From: Catajapyx aquilonaris | Lineage: Eukaryota | DNA length: 64,000 bases | Assembly (NCBI GenBank): GCA_000934665.2 | Contig: KZ538282.1 | Span: 1 to 64,000 of the forward strand | Direction: 5' to 3' | In this document: piece by piece, positions 11,401-21,716 of the stretch | Layout: the number at the start of each line of letters is the position of its first letter | How positions within the stretch are numbered: position 1 is the stretch's first letter | Translations under genes and position numbers: made by a program | The notes under the pieces: generated by a model | What the model saw: only the letters and a program-made list of their open reading frames with translations | Database searches by the model: none | Told to the model about the DNA's origin: nothing

Positions 11401-14400
11401 TTGGGTCCAAGACATAGTATCCGTTCAGTGGATTTACCACGCCATTGCCATTTGATTGGTATTTCTCATACGCAACCTCCATCATCTTCAAGGAATTCAT
11501 TCGTGTTGCAGGTTGGATCTTCATAATCTGCATTGATTCCCAGGGGAGCATTTGCACATCCTGTGGAAACATTTGCAGATTCAGTATATTGTGGTATGAG
11601 TTACCGAAGCAGTGGTGGCAGAGGGGATATGGTATCCGACTGCTAATCGGGGAGGTCCTGGGTTCGATCCCCGGGGCCGGCAACCCTAACCGTGGTTTTC
11701 TGTGGTTTCCCATGGTCCCTCCAGGTAAATGCAGGGGTTGTTTCCTAAAATAATAGGCCACAGCCGCTTCCTTCCTTCCCTATCCTATCCCCAAAAGCTA
11801 AGTAAAAATGCAAAGAGTTCCAGTCAAAACAAAACTCCCCCCTAAAGAGCCGCCGGCTGATAATGGGGTATGATATTATTATTGTGGTATGAGTTATGTT
11901 GTAATAAATTCAAGGTCATGTTACAGAATAATCTGTGTGCATAGGTGACATTCAGTGAATAATGTACAACTGCAGGCCTTCTTTCAATTTTTTTAAAATC
12001 TTTTGGGCTATGCTTCCAGTCATATTTCTAGTATTATGTGCTTCCAAAATGAAAGCAGAAGCGTCTGTTTTATTGGTACTAGACACAATATGCCGTCACT
12101 TAAGCTCACCCCAGTGGTTTTCTGAACTAAAGGCCTGTTTCCATCGGCACAATTTTGGTTCTTGACAAAATGCAAGCTAGAACAATTTTTGTTCAATGAC
12201 GATTTTGTGTAGCACAAATTTAAACACCTGTTCCAACCAGGGCAATTTTTGTTCTTTTCACAAAAACTCGCTCGGTGGGAAGGGAGCATCCTAAGTTCCA
12301 AATGTATTTTATTTAAACTGAACCCCCATCCAAAAATTGTTTAGCTTAATTCAATCGTCAATGATTGTGCTTGAATTATCACAAAATAATTCCGATAAGT
12401 CCACTGTCTCGCGGCCTTGCAGAGTTGGCCATCTTGGATTTCAATTCTGTGTCAGTCACAATTAGAATTTCTGAAAAGATTAAAATTTTGTACTTTGGAA
12501 TAATTCCAAATTGTGTTTAATTTTGTGCTCATTTTTTGTGCTTTTCATCAAATGTTGTTTTGGTGCTTGAAAATTATGCTGGTGAAAACAGGCCTTAAGT
12601 GAATGATTGAGACCAATTTTGCTGCAATTTCTGAAAAAATCTTCAGGCACTTGCAATTGAGTTAGATGGGTGGACTTTACCCTCTGTATTGCAATAATGC
12701 ATTGAAAACCATGTTCAATGCAAAAATTTGTAAAATGTATTCTAAATTTTTGTGTGAGTCTTTTATTACACTCACATTTAATGTGGTACTCAGACCTTCA
12801 TTTGCTTTTGTAAAAAATCCAAATTTTTACATAATTGTCATCACAATATTAAGTAATTGTCATTAAGCATGTGTACAAGACACCATGAGTGACAGGCCAC
12901 ACACCCATAGGCTGAGGCAAGTTGCCCAAGCTTCCAAGAGCCATGCATTTGGCTCTGGATCAAAACTGTTACTAAAGAAGGAGCCCATGTGATTGCCAAA
13001 AATTACACGGTTCACAGCTGGCATCAGCTGACTTTATTTACACTCGAAGTCATCCATGGAACTACCGTATTACCTCACTTAAAGCGGCATGCCATGTAGT
13101 CGAGGTTGACCAGTTTTTAGAAATGCACGATCTGGTGGCTATACCGGCATGCCTGTCTAAGCGAGGTATACTGGTGTAAGGCGAGGTTTTCTTACGCACA
13201 GCATTATCATGATCTCTGTGAGAATTATTCCTGCTCAAATGAATGCATTACATGTTCTACGGTGCAGATACAGCCCAGGACACTTCTATGGCCTGACACA
13301 TCCCATAAGATCGTTAAGTTCTTTCACAATAACATATTCAATTAAAAGTGCAAGGCTGCAAGAAGGGAAGCATACCTCTCAGGATAATGCATACGTTGGG
13401 TTTGGATTTTATTATCTGAGTAACGAGGCTTCACAGACAAACTACACTACACTCCACAAAGTGATCCTATAATTGCCAACGGGATCTGAGCATCGAAATA
13501 TTTAGCAAAACGAAGGACTGAAGGAATTTGCCTCAATCCTTTGTAATATTTAGGGAGGTTCCCCTTTCAGAGCATGCTGTGTATGGGATTGGTCTCACTC
13601 TATGCCATGCGCAACATACTAACTTGCATATTCTCACAGACCTGTAGGCCTGTACTCGTACCTTTTCCACCGTAGCATTATTTTAGAACAGTACCAAATG
13701 CATTCTGAAAATTTTGACAGGGATCAAAATATTATGGAAAGCTGCCTCGGTTATTGCGGCATGGTGGGCACCCCCGGGTTATACAGGCATGCTGGTCGGC
13801 CTCGTTTTATACCGCCATGCCACTTTAAGTGAGGCAATATGGTAGTACCTACTGCTGGAAGATCACTCTCTCTCCACCTAGGTGCTGCAAATCCAAGTAA
13901 AACTATTTTTTGTTCAATATTCCAACGTGAAATCTAGAAAGCATCCAGGTTTAATTGCCCATGGAATATCTGACCTGAACATAATTATGCCAATAAATGG
14001 GGTAGGAAGAGCCATTTATTCAGATATATTTTCAACTTGTTTTTTCTCTAACTCCCAACTTTGGTGATAGTTTATCTAGGCCCCACATTTCCTTACAAAA
14101 TTGTATTGACCATTCACTTAAATCATTCTGATGTATTTTCTGCAGGTTGTGAATAATAAGCAGATCTCTAAGTTACTTAGAAAAAAGGATAAACTATTGT
14201 TTATCCGCACCTTAACAATGCAGTTGGGGTTGGGCGGGCGGGGGGCCTCTCGACGGTTGGCAACGTTGCGTCGCAAACAATCGGGTGCCTTGATACTGCT
14301 GCCAGCCAAATTCGAATGCCTTCACGGGTGCTTGACGGAGTGTCGTTCATTGGGTTAACGGATTGTAACAACCATCATGGCTTTCATATTTCCCACCTCC

Positions 14401-17400
14401 TTCATTAATACTGTGGTCCTAGCACTTGTCTGATCGGTTTGCATGGCAAGGGTAACAAGATGCCCTTTGTTGTGCTCTCCCGGCAACAGATTGTTTGCGA
14501 CCCGTAGCCAACATGTTTGGAGCGCACCACGCCAGGGAGCATATACATAATACATATATATATATATAAGAGGCGCAAACTTTTGTCGGCGCCTTTGTTG
14601 TTCACGTCTCTCTGTTTATAGGGCGTTGCCAAGGCCGGCGGCCATCTTGACGTGTGTGGTATGCCAACGAGGTATAAATAGGGTACAGGCAAAAATAAGG
14701 TCCGCCATCTTTGATGGTTTTGGCTGCCATGGCAATACACGGCAATAACACGCGCGAATTTGAATTCGATATTGGAAAATGGGCAAGTAAATTGTTATTG
14801 CCGTGTATTGCCATGGCAGCCCAAACCATCAAAGATGGCGGACACCGCGGACCTTGACGGCCTGCCTGTACCCTATTTATACCTCGTTGACATACCACAC
14901 ACTTCAAGATGGCCGCCAGCCTTGGCAACGCCATAAACAGAGAGACGAAAAAAATCGAATGTTTGCGCCTCTTATGTAGTATATCGTCGTCGGCAATGCA
15001 AAACCTCGTAACTCACAATTTGGCCGAAATAGAGTTACTCATGTAGTTGTGTGCCGAAAAATTGTCCGCGTCGACCTGAAAAAGCTCGTATTTTTCGGAC
15101 CAATGAGAGTGGGTGTTTAGGTCACGTGGCAAAACCACGTCACCAACAGCTAACCGAGATCGGCGGCAAGACCTCGTATTTCTTTCACCAGCCACAATGG
15201 CGGCCATTCCTGTTTGTGATCACGTAGGCTTAAGTAAGGCAGTTACCATACCTACACTTATGCCCATGAGGTACTGCACCTCTTCATGACGACAGGATTA
15301 AGTATTGTCAAACAATAATGATGCAATCAACCCACAAAAAAAAAGTTAATCTATAGGAGGTTTTGCAAGGCACTCATCTACCGTGTAAGCAGAAATTTTG
15401 CGAGGTTTTGCACGAAAATGTTTTTCCTTGTCCTGTAAAATGACATTATCGTGAGAAACGAGGTTTTGCATTGCCGACGACGATATGCTCCCTGACCACG
15501 CCTTCCCAACCCCGCCACATCGCTAGGTGCGGATAAACGATAGGCTTTCCAGAAAAAAAGTACCAACCTGGTCCAAAATCAATATGACAGGTCTACGGCG
15601 GGCATTCTTGAATGCCTTTAACTTTTGCTCTTGCCTCATCAGTGCTTTCACAGCTCTCAAAAGTCGATCTGGTTTTATCTGCTCTATGCCTCTTGCTCTA
15701 TTCACCCCCTTGCTACTTCCAGGCTGCGAAGAGTCCAATCTTGGCTGCTTCTTCCTCCCTGGGTACATTTCTTCCTCAGCATCACTATCTCCTGAATCAT
15801 GTTTGGTACATGACATTCTTTCCCCTGGTTGCAATTTCAGCACCTTGTACATAGCTCGAACAACTTCTTCATCCGACATGTGGGAGTAACTTTCAATCAG
15901 TTTACCTAGCAGAAATTTCCTTTTTGGGTGTGGTTCCAGATTTAGTTTGGACATGAAGTAAGAGACCATGTCGTCCGAAAATTTCCTCAACTTTGCCTTC
16001 TCCAGACATCCCAACATCAGAGAGGTGTTTTCACACAGCCATTTTTCTCCCATTGCTTTTACCAACCTCTGAAAAAAATAAAAATCATTATGATCACATG
16101 CATGGTTGCAAATGCTGCTGTAATTCTGGTCCAAGCTAAGCAAAAAGCATAAGTATGGAATGCATACATTAATACATGTAGCATGTGCCACACAATACAA
16201 GCAATTTCAGAAAATTAAGAAGGAAGATTCTATGAAGTAATTATAAGAAAGCCTAATGTTTTAGCATACTGCATTTCATTGCTGTTTATAGTTTAGTAGA
16301 CAGTTAATAACAGTGAAATACAGGCTGTTAAAACTTACAGGTGTAGGCGAGTCAAGTTTTTCTGCAGTCTACAGATTATTGCATACTAGCTGCGGCACCC
16401 GGCGTTGCCCAGGAAGAAATGAATGAAGCCTGCCAGTAGCCCCGTCAAAATTTTCACGCACAGAGAGCCGCCCTGACAGTTTTAAGAAGGCCGGGTGGGA
16501 AGGCCCGGAGGGGTTGCAGGTGTTGAGGGGCGTTGGAAGTGTTGGGGATGGATCCCAGATGGCAGGCAAATGACGGTTGGCAGGAGGGCAGACAGACAGA
16601 GAGACAGACAGACTCACAAACGGCTTTATTTATATAGAAGATAGAAGATAGATGAAAAAGGGAAGAGAACTGCTCATAAAAGATTTTTTTTTTGTTCATT
16701 GGGACAGTTAACGTTATAAATACTGGTGTAGGTGCCTCATGTAATAATGAAGATTCATGAATACACCAAATTTGATCGAGAATATGCCACCACTGCTACT
16801 GGATGGTAGTGAAAAAATGTATGTATTTTCAATATACAAAACCAAAAATGCAAAAAAAAATTGACATCACACTTTTCTCAGAGTGCAAACCCCTTGATAT
16901 GGTGTAGCGGTCACAACACACAAGTACACCAAAAATTCACATGTTGATCTTTCATGAAGTTGTTGTCCATAACACAACCTACATCAGTGCTTCTCAAACT
17001 ATGGGCCCCAACTCCAAATGAGGTCACAAAAAGAATATTTGAGGTCGCGAGGGAGGGTAACAAATTATTTTTCCAAAATTATTCTCTCTCTCTGAAAAAA
17101 TATGCCTATAAAGGAGACGATGTGTTAATTTAGCGCTTATCGTCATTGACTACCACTGAGGGGGGGTAGGGTTTAATGGGAAGTGGGGGTCACGAGATTT
17201 ACGAAACTATTTTCTGGGGTCTCCAACGAAAAAGATTGGGAAGCACTGACCTACTGTATGTTATGCAGAATATTTTTGGTTTTTAACATTCTCCTTGCCC
17301 CAAAAAGAATGGCAGTCCCACTTGACCAGCTCTCCCACCTTCCTCCAGAAAAAAATGTTTGTCAGAATACACATGTCAAATTTCTTCCATTCCCCCCTTC

Positions 17401-20055
17401 ATGTGCAAACATAAACCACCTACTTCAAAAGGACACCCCTGCTAGCAGATAGCTCATCTTGCATGCATATTTTACTCCTGGTTTCATTCTAAGTTTCTCC
17501 AGAACAAACCCTGCTGTACTAAATGAGACAAAGCAATGCCATCTGTTTCCTACATCAACATGGCTCAGCTTAAATGCACAACATAAACGGGGAAAAAAGC
17601 CATCACAGAAATTCCATTACTTTGTGATTACTTGGGTGTCGCAGAAAAATTGTTCTCCCCCTACTGGTAAGATCAGCCCCCTGCAACTCCTATGATACAG
17701 TAGAGTACTTAAGAGTCTCTGCCACCCTGGATTTGGTGCTGCCATCACTCCAGTGGGTTGCCAGGCACACTCGGGCAGACGTCAGCCAAATCTGCGGACG
17801 GGGGCTCAGGGCATACAAGGAGCCGCAAGGAGCATGGTGCGATGGTGTCAGAAAAAACTTGTGCCCTTGGCCTTGTTTACCCATCCCGAGAGGGCTCTAC
17901 AATGTGCTACCACCTGGAACAGGGTTGGATCAGAAGGCGTCCGTCCGAGTGCACCTGGCAACCAGCTGGAGCGACGCTAGCACCAAATCCGAGGTGGCGG
18001 AGACTCTTTAAGTACGCTACCAAAACCATAAGGAAAGGGTATGAGTTGCAGGGGGCTGGGTAAGACATACTGTACCTACCGCCCAGTTTAAGGGGGTTAA
18101 TGGCAAATATATTGTTTTTGAAGCAAACAATAGTCCCACTGGGTTAATATTTGGGTGGCGATGTGGTTCGTTTAAGGTCAACATTCCTTTTGCATGATTG
18201 CTTTTCCAAGAGGATGAGGGGGAGCGGGAGGGGGGCAAAACATGCAACAATATTTTATGAAAAAATTATCAGCCTGCTAAACCTTTTGTTGTTAACAAAT
18301 TTATATTCTTTACCAATGATATAAGTGAAAAAAAGACCCCAAAAACCATGTTGCTTTGTGGAGAAACACTCAAGTTTGACCAACTGAAACTTTTCTCTGC
18401 TGCCTTCAGAGCCTATCTGAAGCCCATATTATTAGCTTTAAACAGCGGTTCTCAACCTATGCCACATCGGGGGCCCCTGGAAAAAAATTTCAGATGTCGC
18501 GCCCCCCTTTCCATCCCCCACCCATCTAGGCACTCGACTACTTCACTACTAGTAAGTAGTTCAGCAAGTAGTTTAGGAATGTACAGAAGTACTGTACTTA
18601 CCAAATCAGTGTGACTTTTGCGCCTGTTTCAAGTCACATAATTTTTGGATTCGGGGCAGAACGTTGCTGATAGCCACTCGGAGGTCCTTTCAATCACCAC
18701 CGGTTGAGAACCGCTGCTTTAGAGGATGCCCCTTTCAGACTTTTTCAAAGAAAAAAGTCTTATAACACGAATCTGTCTGTCTGTCTGTCTATGGACAGGT
18801 ATCAGACAGACAGACAGAGCCTTGCTATAAGAACTTTTTAGAGCCCCCTGGCTGCCCCCTCCCCCCACCACCCCCGACCCCTGACTGCCCATTCCCCCCA
18901 GACCAGACAGAGCCATGCTATAAGACTTTTTTTCGATTTTTGGGTTCCGGGTTCATGCTATCCGCCCCTTCCCCCTAGCTGCTCCCTCCCCCCACCTCCC
19001 CCTCCCCCAGATCACCCTTTCCCCCCTCCCAGGGCCGTGACTGATGTTGGGGACAATAGCAGTAAACATGAAAAAGGCTACTCTAATCACGCTCAAGTGA
19101 CCTGCCAATCTTGTTTGATGGTGTCATGAGATATCCATATGTCGCGCCTTCTCAAGGTGAGCTTAAAAAACATCGCTCATACAATAAGACATTAGTACCT
19201 TAAGCTTGTTGCTGAGGTCTAATCTCTTGGTCCAATAAGCTTCCTTTGATGTCCCAGGTGATCTGTTGATATCTGCATGGTCTTCCAGCAGGATCCCAAA
19301 GTCTCTTATGAGATATTGGCAATCTGTAGATGCTGGTACTTTCATCACAAAAGCAGAAGCATTGGTTCCACACTTATAGTGTGTCAGGTACATATGGGGA
19401 GTCGTTTGTGGGACCTTCTGGTGCCTATTGAGTTGGCTCGGCCTGGGCAGTGTGGTGAGCTGAACAATGGTCCAGTCTGAAATGTGATACATCATGAGAT
19501 CTTGAAATAACTAACATAACAGGCAAAATTACCATCTGGAAACTTCTCTAAAATGGGTTTCACTTGATTAATGCCTTGGGTGAATTGCAGCAGCTTCTTT
19601 TGTGTTGTCAACAAGGGTTTGTCTGTGGGTTGCTTCTGGGCCAATTTTGGTTTCAGTCTGAAACTAAATCTCTAACTGTATATTTATTCAACCAAGACCA
19701 CAACAACATGAGTTATTCTAAGCACAACAATGGGAATCGTATGAAGCTTTCATATAACTTACCCAATCGCTTTATGGTATGTTGTGCTAGCCTGATGCCT
19801 GATATTGATGCCAACAGACTGAGCCAAGAGGGAAGCAGCACTTTCATCATCACCTAACTTCAAGAATCTGGCAGCTTCTTTCTTGCACAGGACATTATTA
19901 ATATTCTCTATTCCTAGGTGTCCCACTTCCTTCAGTATGCCCGATACACCCACTCGCTCAGGATTACTGTAATTCTCAGCAGTTCTAGGATATGGTCGCT
20001 TCTTCACAGTGCGAACAGTGCAGGAGTTTGCTGTTTTATGAATGGCTGATTCCAT
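8217..20055 (-). CDS. ESPL1: Separase (separin, peptidase C50), 7 coding exons, about 624 aa: join(19763-20055,19533-19657,19199-19476,15568-16068,11268-11560,8502-8663,8217-8439)
   Basis: Motifs WTIVQL, YWTKRLDLSNKL, PVILILD, LPWES, YVLDPKNDL, catalytic YCGHG and LMGCSS, and LWQVTDRD..YGLP. All six introns are GT-AG with matching phases, and the exons sum to 1875 nt (625 codons with stop). The start codon (ATCATGG, 20055) is inferred; the six downstream exons are well supported. Confidence 0.93.
8502..8663 (-). CDS. ESPL1: Separase catalytic exon (His and Cys dyad)
   Basis: ttttag|G TAC TGT GGA CAC GGT...: YCGHGTGHRFTLSSSLKKVGCKAVALLMGCSSLKLETNNKGTAGHVLSYIIGC, ending AG|gtaacc. Not present in the ORF track. 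Confidence 0.95.
8694..9130. mobile_element. Tc1/mariner MITE family A, copy 2
   Basis: Highly similar to 5673-6096 in the same orientation; TA on the left (8692-8693), right TA disturbed; 14-nt insertion at 9088-9101. Confidence 0.92.
10074..10283. mobile_element. Tc1/mariner-type MITE
   Basis: TIRs CTATAGGACGCAAAAACAATGTCCGGGGAGAGTCTTCGTTCAGCC / GGCTGAACGAAGAATCTCCCCGGACATTGTTTATGCGTCCGATAG, flanked by TA. Confidence 0.85.
11268..11560 (-). CDS. ESPL1: Separase coding exon 5
   Basis: ccacag|GAT GTG CAA ATG CTC CCC TGG GAA: DVQMLPWESMQ...YYVLDPKNDLVRTTERM...KDLM, ending GT|gtaagt. Confidence 0.95.
11604..11879 (+). mobile_element. tRNA-derived SINE, family 1
   Basis: A-box-like TGGCAGAGGGG and B box GGTTCGATCCC; central GTGGTTTTCTGTGGTTTCCC...GGCCACAGCCGCTTCCTTCC block; short (ATT)n tail; 17-bp TSD TATTGTGGTATGAGTTA at 11587-11603 and 11880-11896. 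Confidence 0.9.
12131..12595. mobile_element. PIF/Harbinger-type MITE
   Basis: TIRs AGGCCTGTTTCCATCGGCACAATTTT / AAAATTATGCTGGTGAAAACAGGCCT; TAA duplication at 12128-12130 and 12596-12598. Confidence 0.75.
13065..13842. mobile_element. pogo/Tigger-like non-autonomous DNA transposon
   Basis: TIRs CCGTATTACCTCACTTAAAGCGGCATGCC / GCCATGCCACTTTAAGTGAGGCAATATGG flanked by TA; subterminal GGCATG and CGAGG motifs. Confidence 0.8.
14533..15494. mobile_element. P-superfamily-like non-autonomous element (7-bp TSD)
   Basis: TIR CAGGGAGCATAT//CGTCGTCGGCAATGCAAAACCTCG (split by an insertion) pairs with CGAGGTTTTGCATTGCCGACGACGATATGCTCCCTG; ACCACGC duplicated at 14526-14532 and 15495-15501; CA...TG termini. 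Confidence 0.75.
14545..14980. mobile_element. Fold-back MITE inserted in the left TIR of the P-like element
   Basis: ATAAGAGGCGCAAAC... / ...GTTTGCGCCTCTTAT with long internal arm pairing; ATAT duplicated at 14541-14544 and 14981-14984; (TA)n expansion in the left end. Confidence 0.8.
15568..16068 (-). CDS. ESPL1: Separase coding exon 4 (pseudo-protease region with acidic/basic insert)
   Basis: ttttcag|AGG TTG GTA AAA: RLVKAMGEKWL...RRRPVILILDQ, ending CAG|gttggt; 501 nt, phase 0/0. Confidence 0.93.
16386..16652 (-). mobile_element. Non-autonomous Helitron
   Basis: Minus strand reads A|TCTATCTTCTATCTTCTATATAAATAAAG...(CTGT)n...CCTGGGCAACGCCGGG hairpin...CTAG|T: 5' TC, 3' CTAG, inserted between A and T. 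Confidence 0.85.
16985..17248. mobile_element. hAT (Charlie-like) MITE
   Basis: TIRs CAGTGCTTCTCAAACT / AGATTGGGAAGCACTG; degenerate 8-bp TSD ACCTACAT / ACCTACTG. Confidence 0.75.
17713..18007. mobile_element. TTAA-flanked MITE (Kolobok-like)
   Basis: About 70-bp TIRs GAGTCTCTGCCACCCTGGATTTGGTGCT / AGCACCAAATCCGAGGTGGCGGAGACTCT; TTAA at 17709-17712 and 18008-18011. Confidence 0.75.
18443..18716. mobile_element. hAT (Charlie-like) MITE
   Basis: Perfect 15-bp TIRs CAGCGGTTCTCAACC / GGTTGAGAACCGCTG; flanks CTTTAAA / CTTTAGA. Confidence 0.8.
18750..18932. repeat. (CTGT)n/(ACAG)n hairpin repeat element
   Basis: AAAAGTCTTATAACACGAATCTGTCTGTCTGTCTG pairs with CAGACAGACAGACAGAGCCTTGCTATAAGAACTTTT; a second CAGACAGAGCCATGCTATAAGACTTTT copy at about 18904-18930. 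Confidence 0.55.
19199..19476 (-). CDS. ESPL1: Separase coding exon 3
   Basis: atttcag|AC TGG ACC ATT GTT CAG: (D)WTIVQLTT...KEAYWTKRLDLSNKLK, ending AAG|gtacta. Confidence 0.92.
19533..19657 (-). CDS. ESPL1: Separase coding exon 2
   Basis: gtttcag|A CTG AAA CCA...: LKPKLAQKQPTDKPLLTTQKKLLQFTQGINQVKPILEKFPD, ending G|gtaatt; phases fit both neighbours. Confidence 0.85.
19763..20055 (-). CDS. ESPL1: Separase coding exon 1 (start codon inferred)
   Basis: MESAIHK...AASLLAQSVGINIRHQASTTYHKAI, ending GG|gtaagt; strong-context ATG at 20055; in-frame TGA just upstream; acceptor ttctcattgcag with exon start at 20098. Confidence 0.7.
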
Positions 20056-20912
20056 GATGCTGTAATCGCACCTGCTTGAACTCACAGATCATCTGTTTCT
20101 GCAATGAGAAAGTCAAGTTGTAAATTCCATTAAATTAGTTACATATACAGTGTGTTCCAAGTATCCGGGTCCTTTTAGTTATAGCAAATTTCGCATGGAG
20201 TTATTTTTGTGTCCCAGACCCTAAACAATAACCATTGTGATAAACTTAAAAAGCAACACAGGTAAACATAACACGATTAAATGCCCTAAATAATAAATTA
20301 AAACATGAAAACAATAAAATACGTAAATATTGTTTCATAAAATGAAAATTGCAATTACTGTAATAGTGAGAAGTGGTGATATCCCACGTGGCTGGTGAAT
20401 AGGAAGACAAAGGTTACTGTTTGGAAGGGGAGTCACCTTCCCTGATCCACACAGTACCTGTGTGCACATAACCAAACACATCAAAAATAAAGTCATAAAA
20501 GCTCTCAAAATACACAAGTGTAATGCAAGAGATGCTTTCACAGCGACAGTGAGAGACAACTTAGGCTCAAAACATATGGCATTTACAGAGCTAACACATT
20601 TTTACACTGCACGTGCAGTTCGAACTTAAAAGCATCGTTCAAACTCCAGATAACACGTCTTTGGGATAGGAGACAGTGGCTTATTTTCTGGCGTGGAAAA
20701 GTACCGTTATGAGAGGTTGCAAAAAACTGAGGCAATGTGGGGCGCTTCTCCGATTCAATTCATGATGTCACAGACGGACTTGAAAATTATACCTATTCCT
20801 ATTTCTTGGTGCGAGTCAGTGAGACACGCCCTCTCCCCATTGGTTACTCCCTCCGCGCATGCTCACAAGGGACATTTCCCGGGTGATAATGGCGGATCTT
20901 GATGAAACTTAA

Positions 20913-21716
20913 CCCCTTCGGCCCCAGATCGGCCCGAACCACACAGTTTTTGGCTTACGCGTACTCCGAAGAGACGGACAAGATATTTTGCAAATAATAA
21001 CGGCTATACGGTACTTACGAGATCTGGGAAAACCCTATGAATGTGTCTAGAACCATTTTACTCGTCTAGAAGTCCCTAAATTAATTTCCAAAAAAGGGCT
21101 ATAATAACCCGAAATTGGACTACTGCCGCCCAACCTTTAGGGTGATTTAATTATGAAATGCGTGAAAAGATGCGGAATAACAACCTTGAGAACCATGCCT
21201 GAGGAATTTGCTGAAATCGTCGTGCTTTGCGAGAAATAAATTAATACTTATTTGCGGCTTTCTGGCACTTCGGAAAACTTCTGAAAACTCCCAAATTTAT
21301 TTGTTTCTCATGAAGTACGACGATTTCAGAAAATTCATCTCATACTCATTTAGGATTTTTCCTAAGTGCTAGAAAGCCGCAAATAAATATTAATTTATTT
21401 CTCGCAAAGTACGACGATTTCAGCAAATTCGTCTGGCATGGTTCTCATGGTTGTCATTCCGCATATTTTCATGCATTTCATAATCAAATCAGCCTAAAAG
21501 TTGGGCGGCAGTAGTCCAATTTCGAGTTATTATAGCCCCTTTTTGGAAATTAATTTAGGAACTTCTAGACGAGTAAAATGGTTCCAGACACATTCATAGG
21601 GTTTTCCCAGATCTCGTAAGTATAGCTGTTATTATTTGCAAAATATCTTGTCCGTATCTTCGGAGTACGCGTAAGCCAAAAACTGTGTGGTTCGGGCCGA
21701 TCTGGGGCCGAAGGGG
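20913..21716. mobile_element. piggyBac-type fold-back MITE (about 365-bp TIRs)
   Basis: TTAA|CCCCTTCGGCCCCAGATCGGCCCGAACCACACAG... / ...CTGTGTGGTTCGGGCCGATCTGGGGCCGAAGGGG|TTAA; TTAA at 20909-20912 and 21717-21720. Confidence 0.93.

Larger units (their letters stand above)
14194..15543. mobile_element. Outer inverted-repeat element of a triple nest
   Basis: CTATTGTTTATCCGCACCTTAACAATGCAGTTGGGGTTGGG pairs with CCCAACCCCGCCACATCGCTAGGTGCGGATAAACGATAG. Confidence 0.65.

Noticed and set aside
11604..11680. tRNA gene (also 28441-28515)
   Set aside because: The A/B boxes continue into SINE bodies with tails and TSDs; no convincing cloverleaf or terminator.
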